This document shows positions 12,640 through 23,354 of a DNA stretch of 64,000 nucleotides, in pieces. A program made the position numbers and the translations under genes. The first letter of the stretch is position 1. Each line of letters begins with the position of its first letter. Below the pieces are notes generated by a model. The model ran no database searches and was not told the DNA's origin. It was given only the letters and a program-made list of their open reading frames with translations. Origin of the DNA: Mustelus asterias (Eukaryota); the NCBI RefSeq assembly GCF_964213995.1, contig NC_135804.1, forward strand, positions 57,908,001 to 57,972,000, in the 5' to 3' direction.

Positions 12640-13870
12640 GAATCATAGAATGGTTACAGCACAGAAGGAGGCCATTTGAACTGCTGTATACATGCTGGCC
12701 CTCTGGGAGCTATTCACCTATTGCCATTCCCCACCTCTCTCCTGTAACACTGCACATTTCGCCCTCAGATATGATCCAACCCTCTTTGAATGCCTCAATT
12801 GAACCTGCCTCCAACACACACTGTCAGCGCATTCCAGATCCTAACCACTTGTGTGTAAAAAAAAAAAATGTTTTTCTAGATGATGAAGGGGATAGATAGA
12901 GTGAACGTTCAAAGACTATTTCCTCGGGTGGATGGAGCTATTACAAGGGGGCATAACTATAGGGTTCATGGTGGGAGATATAGGAAGGATATCAGAGGTA
13001 GGTTCTTTACGCAGAGAGTGGTTGGGATGTGGAATGGACTGCCTGCAGTGATAGTGGAGTCAGACACTTTAGGAACATTTAAGTGGTTATTGAATAGGCA
13101 CATGGAGCACACCAGGATGATAGGGAGTGGGATAGCTTGATCTTGGTTTCAGATAAAGCTCGGCACAACATCGTGGGCCGAAGGGCCTGTTCTGTGCTGT
13201 ACTGTTCTATGTTCATGCTGCCATTGCATCTTTTACCATTTGCCTTAAATCTATGTCCTCGAGTTCTCAATTCTTTCACTAATTGGAACAGTTTTTCTTC
13301 TGTTCTGTCTGGATCCCTCAGGATTTTTAATACCTCAATCAGAAGAGAACATTTCCAGCTTCTCATCCCTGGAACCATTCTCACGCATCTTTTATGCACT
13401 CTGATGCATTCACATGCTTCCGAAAGTGGAGTACCCAAAACTGAATGCAGTACTCTAGTTGAGGCTAGTTTAACAAAACTTACTTGTTTTTGTACTGTCG
13501 CTATAAAGTCCAAGATGTTAAATGCTTTTTTTTAACCATTCTGTCAACCTTTCCTGCCACCTTCTATGATGTATGCACGTATTCACACAGGTCCCTCTGC
13601 TCTGCCACCCCCTTAAGAATTGTACCCTTTATTTTAATTTGTCTCTTTGCATTCTTCCCACCAAAAATGAATCACTTCACATTTCTCCACATTAAATGTC
13701 ATTTGCCACATGTCTGCTCATTCCACCAACCTGTCTCTGTCCTTTTGAAGTTTTGCACAGTCATCACAAATCACAATATCTTCAAATTTTGAAATTGTGC
13801 CCATACACCAAAGTCTAGGTCATTAAGATATGAGGAAGAGCAGAGGTCCTAACACTGACCCACAGAGAAT
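12640..13870. mobile_element. Old minus-strand CR1 interrupted by a young plus-strand CR1 3' end (~12877-13215)
   Basis: The inner segment MKGIDRVNVQRLFPRVDG... is near-identical to ~63683-64000. The flanks are degraded antisense CR1. Confidence 0.85.
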
Positions 13871-14129
13871 TCCAATATAAACTTTGTCTGTAGTGCAATA
13901 AATCATGTATAATCTTTTTGTAACTGGTAATAATAGGTGAACTACCTTGATATCCTCCATATAACTTGTACTAACCCTATTACCAGCTGGTACATACCAT
14001 GTAAATTTTGTGAGAATTCCCCTGCAGGGTGCAAGGTCCAATCAGGCTTCCCCATCAATATTGCCACATATAAGCCACATCTCTCTCGTGATTTCATTGG
14101 CAGGTTCCTGTATAACAAGTGACTATACT

Positions 14130-15712
14130 TAGAATCATAGACTCATACTGTGCAGAAGAGGCCCTTTGGCCCATTGAATCTACACTGACACATTATAAAC
14201 ACCTGAACTCCCACCTAATTCCATCTGCCAGCACTTGGTCCATAGCCCTGAATGTTATGATGTGCCAAGTGCTCATCCAGATACTTTTTAAAGGATGTGA
14301 GGCAACCACCTCTACCACTCTCCCAGGCAGCACATTCCAGACCGTCACCACCCTCTGAGTAAAAACGTTTTTCCTCACATCCCACCCCACCCCCTCCAAA
14401 CCTCCTGCCCCTCACCCTGAACCCATGTCCCCTTGTGACTGACTGTGGGAACAGCTGCTCCTTATCCACTCTGGCCATGTCTCTCATCATCTTGTACAGC
14501 TCAATTAGGTTGCCCCTCAGTCTTCTCTACTCCAATGAAAACAACCCAAGCCTACGCAATCTCTCTTTATAACTTAAATGTTCCATCCCAGGCAACATCC
14601 TGGTGAATCTCCTCTGCATCCACTCCAGTGCAATTACATCCTAATGATAATGTGGCGACCAGAATTGCACTCAGTACTCTAGCTGTGGCCTCACCAAAGT
14701 TCTATACAATTACAACATGACTTCCCTGCTTTTGTAATCTATGCCTCAATTTATAAAGGCAAGTGTCCCATATGCTTTTTTCACCATCTTACTAACATGC
14801 CCTTCGGCTTTCAGAGATCTGTGAACAAATATGCCAAAATCTCCTTGTTCCACAGAACTTAGTGTCCTACCATTCATTGAGTACTTTCTTGTCAAATTAC
14901 TCCTTCCAAAGTGTATCACCTCACACTTTTCAGGGTTAAATTCCATCTGCCACTTATCTGCCCATTTGACCATTTTGTCTATATCTTCTTGCAGTCCAAG
15001 ACACTCCGACTCACTGTTAACACCTGTCCAATCTTTGTGTCATCCGCAAATTTACTAATCCTACCCCCCACATATTCATCAATGTCATTTATATAAATGA
15101 CAAATAATAGGGGGCCCATCACAGATCCCTGTGGTACGTCACTGGGCACTGGCTTTCAGTCACTAAGAAGTCTCACAACACCAGGTTAAAGTCCAACAGG
15201 TTTATTTGGTAGCAAATGGTATTTGCTACCAAATAAACCTGTTGGACTTTAACCTGGTGTTGTGAGACTTCTTACTGTGCTTACCCCAGTCCAACGCCGG
15301 CATCTCCACATCATTTCAGTCACTAAAGCAGCCTTATGTCTCCTATAACTGACCCAATTTTGAATCCACTTTTATCCTGTATCCCATGTGAATTTACCTT
15401 CTTCACATGTGGGACCTTGTCAAAGGCTTTGCTGAAATCCATATAAACTACATCGTTTGCACTACTCTCATCTACACACCTCGTCACCTCCTCAAAAATT
15501 CAATCAAATTTGTTAGGCGTGACCACCATCCGACGAAGCCATGCGGACTATCCCTAATCAAGCTTTGCCTCTCCAAGTGGAGACAGATGCTCTCCTTCAG
15601 AAGTTTCTCTAATTGTTTCCCCACCACTGATATGAAACTCACTGGTCTATAGTTTCCTGGTTTATCTCTACACCCCTTCTTAAATAGTGGAACCACGTCA
15701 GCTGTTCTCCAG
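14130..15712 (-). mobile_element. CR1 LINE fragment containing a Penelope-derived hairpin insertion
   Basis: VPLFKKGCRDKPGNYRPVS and WADKWQMEFNPEKCEVIHFGR on the minus strand. Confidence 0.9.
15164..15313. mobile_element. Minimal Penelope-like-element end: perfect 54-bp inverted repeat plus tail, 13-bp target-site duplication (TSD)
   Basis: 15164-15217 is the exact reverse complement of 15221-15274 (loop ggt). TSD tttcagtcactaa at 15154-15166 and 15314-15326. Confidence 0.85.
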
Positions 15713-16789
15713 TCCAGTCTTCAAAAGTACTTCATTGACTGTAAAGTGCTTTAAGGTCCATTGGTAGTGAAAGACACTATACAAATACAAGTCTTTTTTC
15801 TATGTGAGGGTGACAAAACTGATTTGTATTTGTATTTCAGATCTTAAAGTAGTAAGCAGAATCTAATTTAAAAGAGCATCGGGCCTTAGTGTTTGGTGCA
15901 TTTCCCATTGGATGAGTTGTCCAAAACTCAGCTTGGCACAAATAGAGAAGAGTTTTAAGATGATAGAAACTACTGGACAGATAGAGGCCATTTGGAATCC
16001 CTGTCAGTGACACTCGTTCTCTTGTAATCTCAATCCTTCACACTCCTTTTATATTTCTCCTTTACAATTATTTATCTCATTCCCCCTTTTAATGATATTC
16101 AAGTTTCTGCTCCAGTGCTCATTTTAGGTTTGTGGTCTAATAGCCCTCAGTGCATGAATTTCACCCTGCTCCTTTGGTTCTTCCAATGAGAGTCCTCAGT
16201 CTCTGTCCCCTTGTTCTTCAACTACCCACCAATGTAACTGGTTGTAATAGGTGTAACAATGGAAACAATCTTTCATCAATTATTCTTCTCCAACCCAACC
16301 TCTCCCTACTTTGCCTCTCTGTACCTCTGCCCCCAATCTGTTCTCCACACTAAGTAGGTGCTGGCTTTCTGTGGTGAAGTTTCCATACTGGAGGCTTGTA
16401 CCAGATAATGGTGTCACACAAGAGAGGGGGCCTGTGACAAGAAGAGTAAAATTCTCCCAGATTGCGAGCAACACTGCCCATGTAATTTATTTCCTATTTT
16501 AGGAAACTTAGACAATCTTGAGGATTGGTAACCTTAGGTATAGCTTGAGTTTAAATGTTTCTTTTGTTGGTCATTAACATTAATTGGAAATCATTTATAA
16601 TTAAATGTATTTTAAGTATACAATTTTTGAACTTCCTCCAAAACATGGCATATAACAACCCTCCACTCACCATATCAGTGGAGTTCATGACCCTATAGTA
16701 AATACATGTCTTCTTTTTTCTGTAATATACCTCTCCTCTCACCAATTCTTCAATGAAGCTTGGACCAACTACATGTTTACCAAAGTAGG

Positions 16790-17355
16790 TTGGATATTCT
16801 GTGGTGAGTGATTCGCCTCCTGTCTCTCTAAAGACTTTTTGCCATCTACAAGGCACAAGTCAAGAGTATGATTGAATACTCTCCACTTGCCGGATGAGTG
16901 CAGCCTCAATAACACTCAAGGAGCCCAACCCCAACCAGGACTAAAGCCTGTTTGATCAGAACCACATTCACCACCTTAAATAATCACATCCTCCAGCACT
17001 GATGTAACATGTCTGCATCAACAAGATGCACTGCAACAGCTCGCCAAGCTGTCTGCAACAGCACCTCCCAAACCAATAACCTCTACTGTCTGCAACAAAA
17101 AGGGCAGCAGACTAATGGGATCATGCACCACCTCCAAGATCCCTTCCAAGTCACATATCAACCTGACTTTGGAAATATATTGCCATTCCTTCAAAGTCTC
17201 TGGATCAAAATCCTGAAACTCTAACAGCACTGTGGGAGTGCCTTCAACAGACTGCTGTAGTTCAAGGTGACTCATCACCACCTTCTCAGGGCAATTAGGG
17301 ATGGGCAATAATTGCTGCCTTGCTAGCGAAGTCCACATTCCATAAATAAATATTT
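16790..17355 (+). mobile_element. Degraded LINE 3' fragment (tail family gggcaattagggatgggcaataa)
   Basis: YKAQVKSMIEYSPLA-like RT C-terminal remnant. The same tail recurs at ~4960-5100, 33460-33530, 53830-53960 and 58755-58810. Confidence 0.7.
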
Positions 17356-17429
17356 TTTAATTAGTCCAGATACCAATTGTGCAAGGATTGGATTTAACAG
17401 CACTTCCCATTGACGGCTTCACTGGAATC

Positions 17430-18055
17430 CATGATGTGGAGTTGCCGGCGTTGGACTGGGGTAGGCACAGTAAGTAGTCTCACAACACCAGGTTAAAGTC
17501 CAACAGGTTTTTTTGATAGCACGCGTTTTCGGAGCGTTGCCCCTTCATCAGGTGAGTGAAGAGTTCGGTTCACAACAGGGCATATATAGACACAAACTCA
17601 ATTACAAGATAATGGTTGGAATGCGAGTCTGAACAGGTAACCGAGTCTTTACAGGTGCAGACAAGGTGAGTGGAGAGAGTGTGACTTGGCTAGCCAAGTT
17701 CTGCACACTTGAGGACGGCCTCAACCGGGATCTTGGGTTCATGTCACACTATCTGTAACCCCCACGATTTGCCTGGGCTTGCAAAATCTCACTAACTGTC
17801 CTGGCTGGAGACAAGTCACACCTTTTTAACCTGTGCTTAACCCTCTCTCCACTCACATTGTCTGCACCTGTAAAGACTTGATTACCTGTTAAGACTCGCA
17901 TTCCAACCATTATCTTATAATTGAGTGTGTGTCTATATATGCCCTGCTTGTGAATCAAACTCTTCACTCATCTGATGAAGGGGCCACGCTCCGAAAGCTC
18001 GTGCTACCAAATAAACCTGTTGGACTTTAACCTGATGTTGTGAGACTACTTACTG
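17430..18055. mobile_element. Penelope-like element with inverted pseudo-LTRs
   Basis: Inverted arms at ~17468-17680 and ~17843-18055. Centre encodes AKFCTLEDGLNRDLGFMSHYL* (C-terminus of a GIY-YIG-type ORF). TSD ttcactg(g/a)aatc at 17418-17429 and 18056-18067. Confidence 0.85.
17969..18003 (+). ncRNA. Minimal type I hammerhead ribozyme motif in the Penelope pseudo-LTR
   Basis: cat-CTGATGA-a-GGGGC-cac-GCTCC-GAAA-GCTC-gtg: intact core boxes, 5-bp stem II, short stem I, palindromic mini stem III. Minimal hammerheads are established features of Penelope-element LTRs. Confidence 0.7.
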
Positions 18056-18235
18056 TTCACTGAAATCTGCGAAGTTGGAGAATGGCACCTTATTTCTATT
18101 TGAGCCATGGGCAGAATCATCACCTTGGGTGCATCTCTCCAAATGCTGAAGAGCGGGGTATGCATGTCCCTCTCCGATCCCAATGAACAGCTGAACAAGC
18201 AGGCAAATCGAACAAAAATGTTCTTTAAAAAAATA

Positions 18236-18340
18236 CTGAGGTGGAATTTTACGGCCCCTCTCGCCAAAGTCAATGGACTTTTGAAAAGTTTGCATTTTCC
18301 AGCCATTCCCCCACCGCAACAGGGCCGTAAAATGCTGCCT
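18236..18340. mobile_element. Short MITE-like element with terminal inverted repeats (TIRs)
   Basis: aggtggaattttacggccc ... gggccgtaaaatgctgcct. A related element lies at ~60151-60272. Confidence 0.55.
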
Positions 18341-18744
18341 CTGGTCACTGGGGTCCATGGCGCTTGCCAAGATTTGGACCCTATTGAAGGGCTGTTAAAA
18401 GCTCTCCATTCATTTAGTGTACCAGTGTCCTGGTTCCATGTCCTTGAAGAGCAGGAATTGCAGTTCAGGGAATTGCTTGCTGTGGCTATGTCTTGGCAAG
18501 CATCTGCCTGGCAAAAACTGAATGTAGATTTTGCCCCTTACAAAGCAATGAGGAAACCTGCGGAAAAGGCAAGAATTAGGCACAGTCAGTTTCCCACCAA
18601 TATTGCAGGGGGCTTGCAGTTTCAAATAGTTTTCAACTTGTTTTCTGTACTGTAAATGATTCTCCCAGAAATAATCTTGGGCCACTTCCATTCATCTACT
18701 GCTCTGACCATTCCACAATATTATGGAAGAGGTATTAGCTGTGA

Positions 18745-19130
18745 CTCTGTTGGTAGCACTCAAAAGTTGTGGGTTAAAGTCACACTCCAGATACTTGAGC
18801 ATGAAATTAAGCTGACAATTCAATGCAGTATTGAGGCAATGCTCCACTGTGGAAGTGCCATCTTTAGAATGACCCATTAAATCAAAGCCCCAATGTGGGC
18901 AGTAAACTGAACTCTCGGCACTAATCTGAAGAAAAGTGGATTCTGCTAGTGCTCTGGTCAATGTGTCTCTGAATCAACAGAATAAACAACAAATTATTTC
19001 GTCACTAGATCAAATTGCTGTTGGGGGGAACCTTTCAAATTGCTGTTTGGGGGGGCTTGCTGTGCAAATTGGCCAGTGGTTTTTCTACATTAACTACTCT
19101 TCAAAAGGATTTCATTGCTTTCATTCTTTC
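18745..19130 (+). mobile_element. Old Deu-domain/SacSINE1-like SINE
   Basis: ggtagcactc...gttgtgggttaaagtcacactccag...gcagtattgaggcaatgct...gtgccatcttt pattern. Similar remnants at ~35340-35690 and ~61420-61640 (-). Confidence 0.55.
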
Positions 19131-19421
19131 TGTAACATCATGTAATATAAGTTGTTCAGCGCCTACCTCCTGCTCTCAATAAATAACTTTTTATTTTCCT
19201 TTTTTCCTTTTGTTTCAGGACTTGGGAGTTCCTCTTTCGTTTCGAGTGGATGACCAGAGTGAGAGCCCTGACTCTGGCTTCTTGCTTTAAATTTCATTTC
19301 TTGATGGTGATAAGCACAAAAAACATTTCTTCTTTCCTACTACAGCATCTACCTTAGGAGTGAAACTATTTTGTTACAGAGTTTGACTTGAGTGGAAGAT
19401 GCAGTTAGATATATCAAAAAG

Positions 19422-19427
19422 TTTATT
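19422..19427 (-). promoter_or_regulatory. Candidate polyadenylation signal AATAAA of gene A
   Basis: tttatt on the + strand ~730 nt past the stop codon, followed by U-rich sequence on the minus strand. Confidence 0.45.
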
Positions 19428-20158
19428 CAGGCACAAAAAAGGTTACATAAAAAGGGATACACAAGCCATGTGACATGTTGATCATTCCAATACTTCGTAT
19501 ATTGGAATGATCAGCATGGCCACCATCTAATTAATGTACATAATTAGGCCTGTTTCACCAGGCCTCATTTTAGACATGGTTAAGCAAGGCAATTTGAGTC
19601 ATGTAAATGTTTCCAATTTGATGTGCAGCGCCTCAAATTTATAAGTTGTGTACTACTTCATATTGCTAACAAAATATTCAATCATCCTGTAAATGAAACC
19701 ATAGGTTCAGCCTCAAAATATCACATTCTCTTAACATCGTGTCTTTCAGAGTAAAGGAAATGTTGGATTAATTAGAAGAGAAAACATTAGAATTCAGAAT
19801 CCAATGAAATTATCCCAGGAGTTAGTTTCTTCCTCATGCGAACATTTCTTAAAGGCTGCCAATCAAACCTTGTCCATCATTGCTGATTGGTGAGTACAAT
19901 AGGTGAGGCTGTGAATTTATGGCCCCTACATTCTTTCCCTAACTTTCACCACAATTGTGTCTTTTACTCAGACTATAAAGTTTTAACATATATGTTTGCT
20001 TTCCAAGATTTTCTCAAACTTTTAATTTTTAGTAATAATTCCTTATTCAGTAAGTTCTAGGCCATTCTAAAATTAGTAGATGCCATTATAATGTATTTAA
20101 TTGCATGAAATCATTATTTTGCTGAATATGGCTGGAAAGAAATGATTAATTTGCACCT

Positions 20159-20973
20159 TTAATAAAACAAGAGCTCATATGCTACCATGTAGCCACTATT
20201 ATAAACATAGAGTTTCCTATCTACTGGGTTGTAGTGGACGTTTGCCACATGTGGAGAATATTTGACAAACCGGATATTGAGATTTTTGGCCTCTTGGTTA
20301 GTGACTGTGTCATACATGTAAAATATCTCCTCTTCAGTATCGCTGATATACCGGGTGGCATAAAGCACCCCACAAACCACAAAGGTGTTGGTTACTGCTT
20401 TCTTAAAGAGCTTTGTTTTCCAGGTCTGCAGCACAACCAAACTAATGCTGTCTATTTTACTAAATACAATATTGCCATAATTCTTCTCAGTAGCATAAAT
20501 GACCCAAATGCCATTTTCGTCCACAGAGAAATCCATATCTGTGTGACCGTAGCAGTCATAATAACAGTAAGGGAACTTATTATTAAAACCAGCGTCGGGA
20601 AGCAGAACATTTGTGATAGCTTTTGTCACCATGTCAAACCTGCACATTTGCCCGGTATTATAACAGTTGTAATACAGAGACTGGTTGTAAACCACGACCC
20701 CAGGACCCTGTATCGCATTCGGAGTTGTGTATGACGGTTTTACCGAAATATCAATGTTGGATTTTGCTGTCAGGAAGTTTTTGTAAGAATCGTAGGTTCG
20801 GATCGCATTTCCATAAATATTGGAGGACAGCAGTGCCATAACCCAGTAGACTTGCGGGCTTCCAGGCATTGAATCCATACCCCAACCTCCGTAAAGGTAT
20901 GATGTGCCATATGGATTGAGTTGTGCCAATACCGGCTCACTAACATTGCGTAAAATTCCTCCGGAGCAGTTTC
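20159..20973 (-). CDS. Olfactomedin-like gene A, terminal exon encoding the whole OLF beta-propeller domain
   Basis: ccttgtag acceptor (phase 1), open to TAA at 20159. Hallmark motifs GWGMD, QGPGVVVYNQSLYY, DMDFSVDENGIWVIYAT, QTWKT, NTFVVCGVLY, YNPVDRKLYVY. Joined CDS is ~461 aa. Confidence 0.95.
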
Positions 20974-21415
20974 CTACAAGGAACACAGTTAGATTATAAT
21001 TGCATTTTCTTCAAACTATTTTTTCAATAATATTTCTTCATACAGAGACAATAAAGCGAATAAACATTTCTTGTTATACCTGTCAATCTCAAACCATCTA
21101 CATTATTCCCAACAGGCTCAATCTATGAACCCTTTCCCATCAGACACTAACAACACCCTAACCATTCCCACCTACTTAACACATAGCCCATTTTTTTCCC
21201 CCAGATTAAATCCCAACCATGATTTTCCATCAATCTCAAGCCATTTCTATGCTAACCACTAGAGTTAATTCTTCATGAATAAGAGTTGGAAAATGCATGA
21301 ATGTTGTTATCCTGTGAAGGATCTTTGTGTTACATTTTTGCTCCAAATAACTCTGTACTATAATGATCTGTGGAGTACATCCTCCTGACTCTATTTATGA
21401 CTCCTCGGAAATTAT

Positions 21416-22526
21416 GGGGCGATTCTCCTAACAGATTTCTAAATGCTGAATTGACGGGAAAAATGGTGTAATTCACGATTGTACTTTCAGTGGGAGCTCA
21501 GACTCGAATTTCCCACACTGTGCAGTGCAGAGGTCACAATCGTGAATATCATTAAAAGTTAGGGGGTGGGGGCCTATTCACTCCGGAGTCTGATAGTTCC
21601 GGGCCTCTGCGCCAGCGCAGTGGCCCCAAACTGTCAGCCTCCCATTTGCTGGCCAGCTCAATCGCTGGCCAGCCCGGGCCCTCGCAGTGCTGCCCCTCTC
21701 CTCCCCACTAATGGCCCGATTGCGGCCCCCACCCCCACAAGCATTCCTGGGCCAGCCCCACCCCATCCCATCCCAGGGCGCCCTGATCTCCAGCACGCCC
21801 CCCACCCCAGCAGTGACGATCCCCCCTCCCCCCACCCCGGCAGGCCGCCCCCCCCCCAGCTCGCCCCGATTGCTGGCTTCCCTCCAGCCCCCACCGATAC
21901 CAATGCAGAGTGGCAGCGGAACCCCCAACCCCAGCAATCACCCCACAGGCCCTGCCCCCACCTGGCCCGGCTCCATCTGACCCCGCCCCCATGGCACTGC
22001 CTTCCCAGGCCCTGCCCCCTTGGCACTGCCTGATGCCCAGTGGGCAATGCTAAGGTGCCCACTGGGCATGGGCACTTTGCCCCTTGGGCAGTGCCATGGG
22101 GCACAGGCTGGCACTGCCAGGGTGCCCATGTCCAGGGGGCACCACCCTCTTTGTCGCCCGACCCCAGGGGGGCCCTGATTGCCCCCCTTCACTCCAGTGG
22201 CGTCTCCTGCTAGTTCACCAAAAGTGGGGAGCTACTCTAAACCTGCCGGAGTGAAATACTCCTGGCGGGCTGGGAGAAGCTATCGGGCCAAGAAAATTCA
22301 GTCCTGGGCCCAATCATGACATTTAAATTACATTAAAAATAAATTAAAATCTCTTACCTGGCCTTCCCACCGGTTTCCAGCGTGGTCTCGACCACGCCTG
22401 CTCTCCAGCGGTGGGAGACGGGCATGCGTCAGGGACGCATGCGTGAATCCCACGAATCGGCGCACGCATGCTTCTCCCAACACGACCCACCAAATAATTA
22501 GCGGGCCGGAATGGGAGAATCGCCCC
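21416..22526. mobile_element. GC-rich non-autonomous DNA transposon (Harbinger-like MITE)
   Basis: 13-bp TIRs ggggcgattctcc (21416-21428) and ggagaatcgcccc (22514-22526); internal tgggca/tgccca palindromic repeats. Confidence 0.8.
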
Positions 22527-22594
22527 CTACATTTTTCCCAACTTTCTCCCCTTATCCTTGCCTAAAGGCATTGGTTCCTCCTGGTATATGACTA

Positions 22595-23354
22595 CGGTCA
22601 TGATGTGGAGATGCCGTCGTTGGACTGGGGTAAACACAGTAAGAGTTTTAACAACACCAGGTTAAAGTCCAACAGGTTTATTTGGTAGCAAATACCATTA
22701 GGTTTCGGAGCGCTGCTCCTTCGTCAGATGGAGTGGAAATCTGCTCTCAAACAGGGCACAGAGACACAGAATCAAGTTACAAATACTGATTAGAATACGA
22801 ATCTCTACAACCAACCAGGTGTTAAAGATACAGACAATGTGAGTGGAGGGAGCATTAAGCACAGGTTAAAGAGATGTGTATTGTCTCCAGGACAGCCAGT
22901 GAGATTCTGCAAGTCCAGAAGGCAAGCCGTGGGGGTTACTGATAGTGTGACACGACAGCGCAGAGTCGCTGAGCAGAAACTGATAGCCAAGTTCCGTACA
23001 CATGAGGACGACCTAAACCGGGATGTTGGGTTTATGTCACACTATCAGTAACCCCCACAGCTTGCCTTCTGGACTTGCAGAATCTCACTGGCTGTCCTGT
23101 CTGGAGACAATACACATCTCTTTAACCTGTGCTTAATGCTCCCTCCACTCACATTGTCTGTATCTTTAAGACCTGGTTGGCTGTAGAGATTCGCATTCTA
23201 ATCAGTATTCTGTAACTTGATTTTGTGTCTCTGTGCCCTGTTTGAGAGCAGATATCCACTCCATCTGACAAAGGAGAAGCGCTCCGAAAGCTAATGGTAT
23301 TTGCTACCAAATAAACCTGTTGGACTTTAACCTGGTGTTGTTAAAACTCTTACT
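22595..23354. mobile_element. Penelope-like element with long inverted pseudo-LTRs
   Basis: Arms ~22639-22952 and ~23036-23354. Centre encodes RRVAEQKLIAKFRTHEDDLNRDVGFMSHYQ*. TSD (t)atatgacta at 22585-22594 and 23354-23363. Hammerhead motifs at 22695-22731 (-) and 23261-23297 (+). Confidence 0.88.

Noticed and set aside
20234-20841. Plus-strand ORFs overlapping the OLF exon
   Set aside because: Antisense shadows of the real minus-strand coding exon.
21566-22192. Cluster of Pro/Gly-rich ORFs
   Set aside because: GC-rich interior of a TIR-bounded MITE; stop codons are scarce because of base composition.
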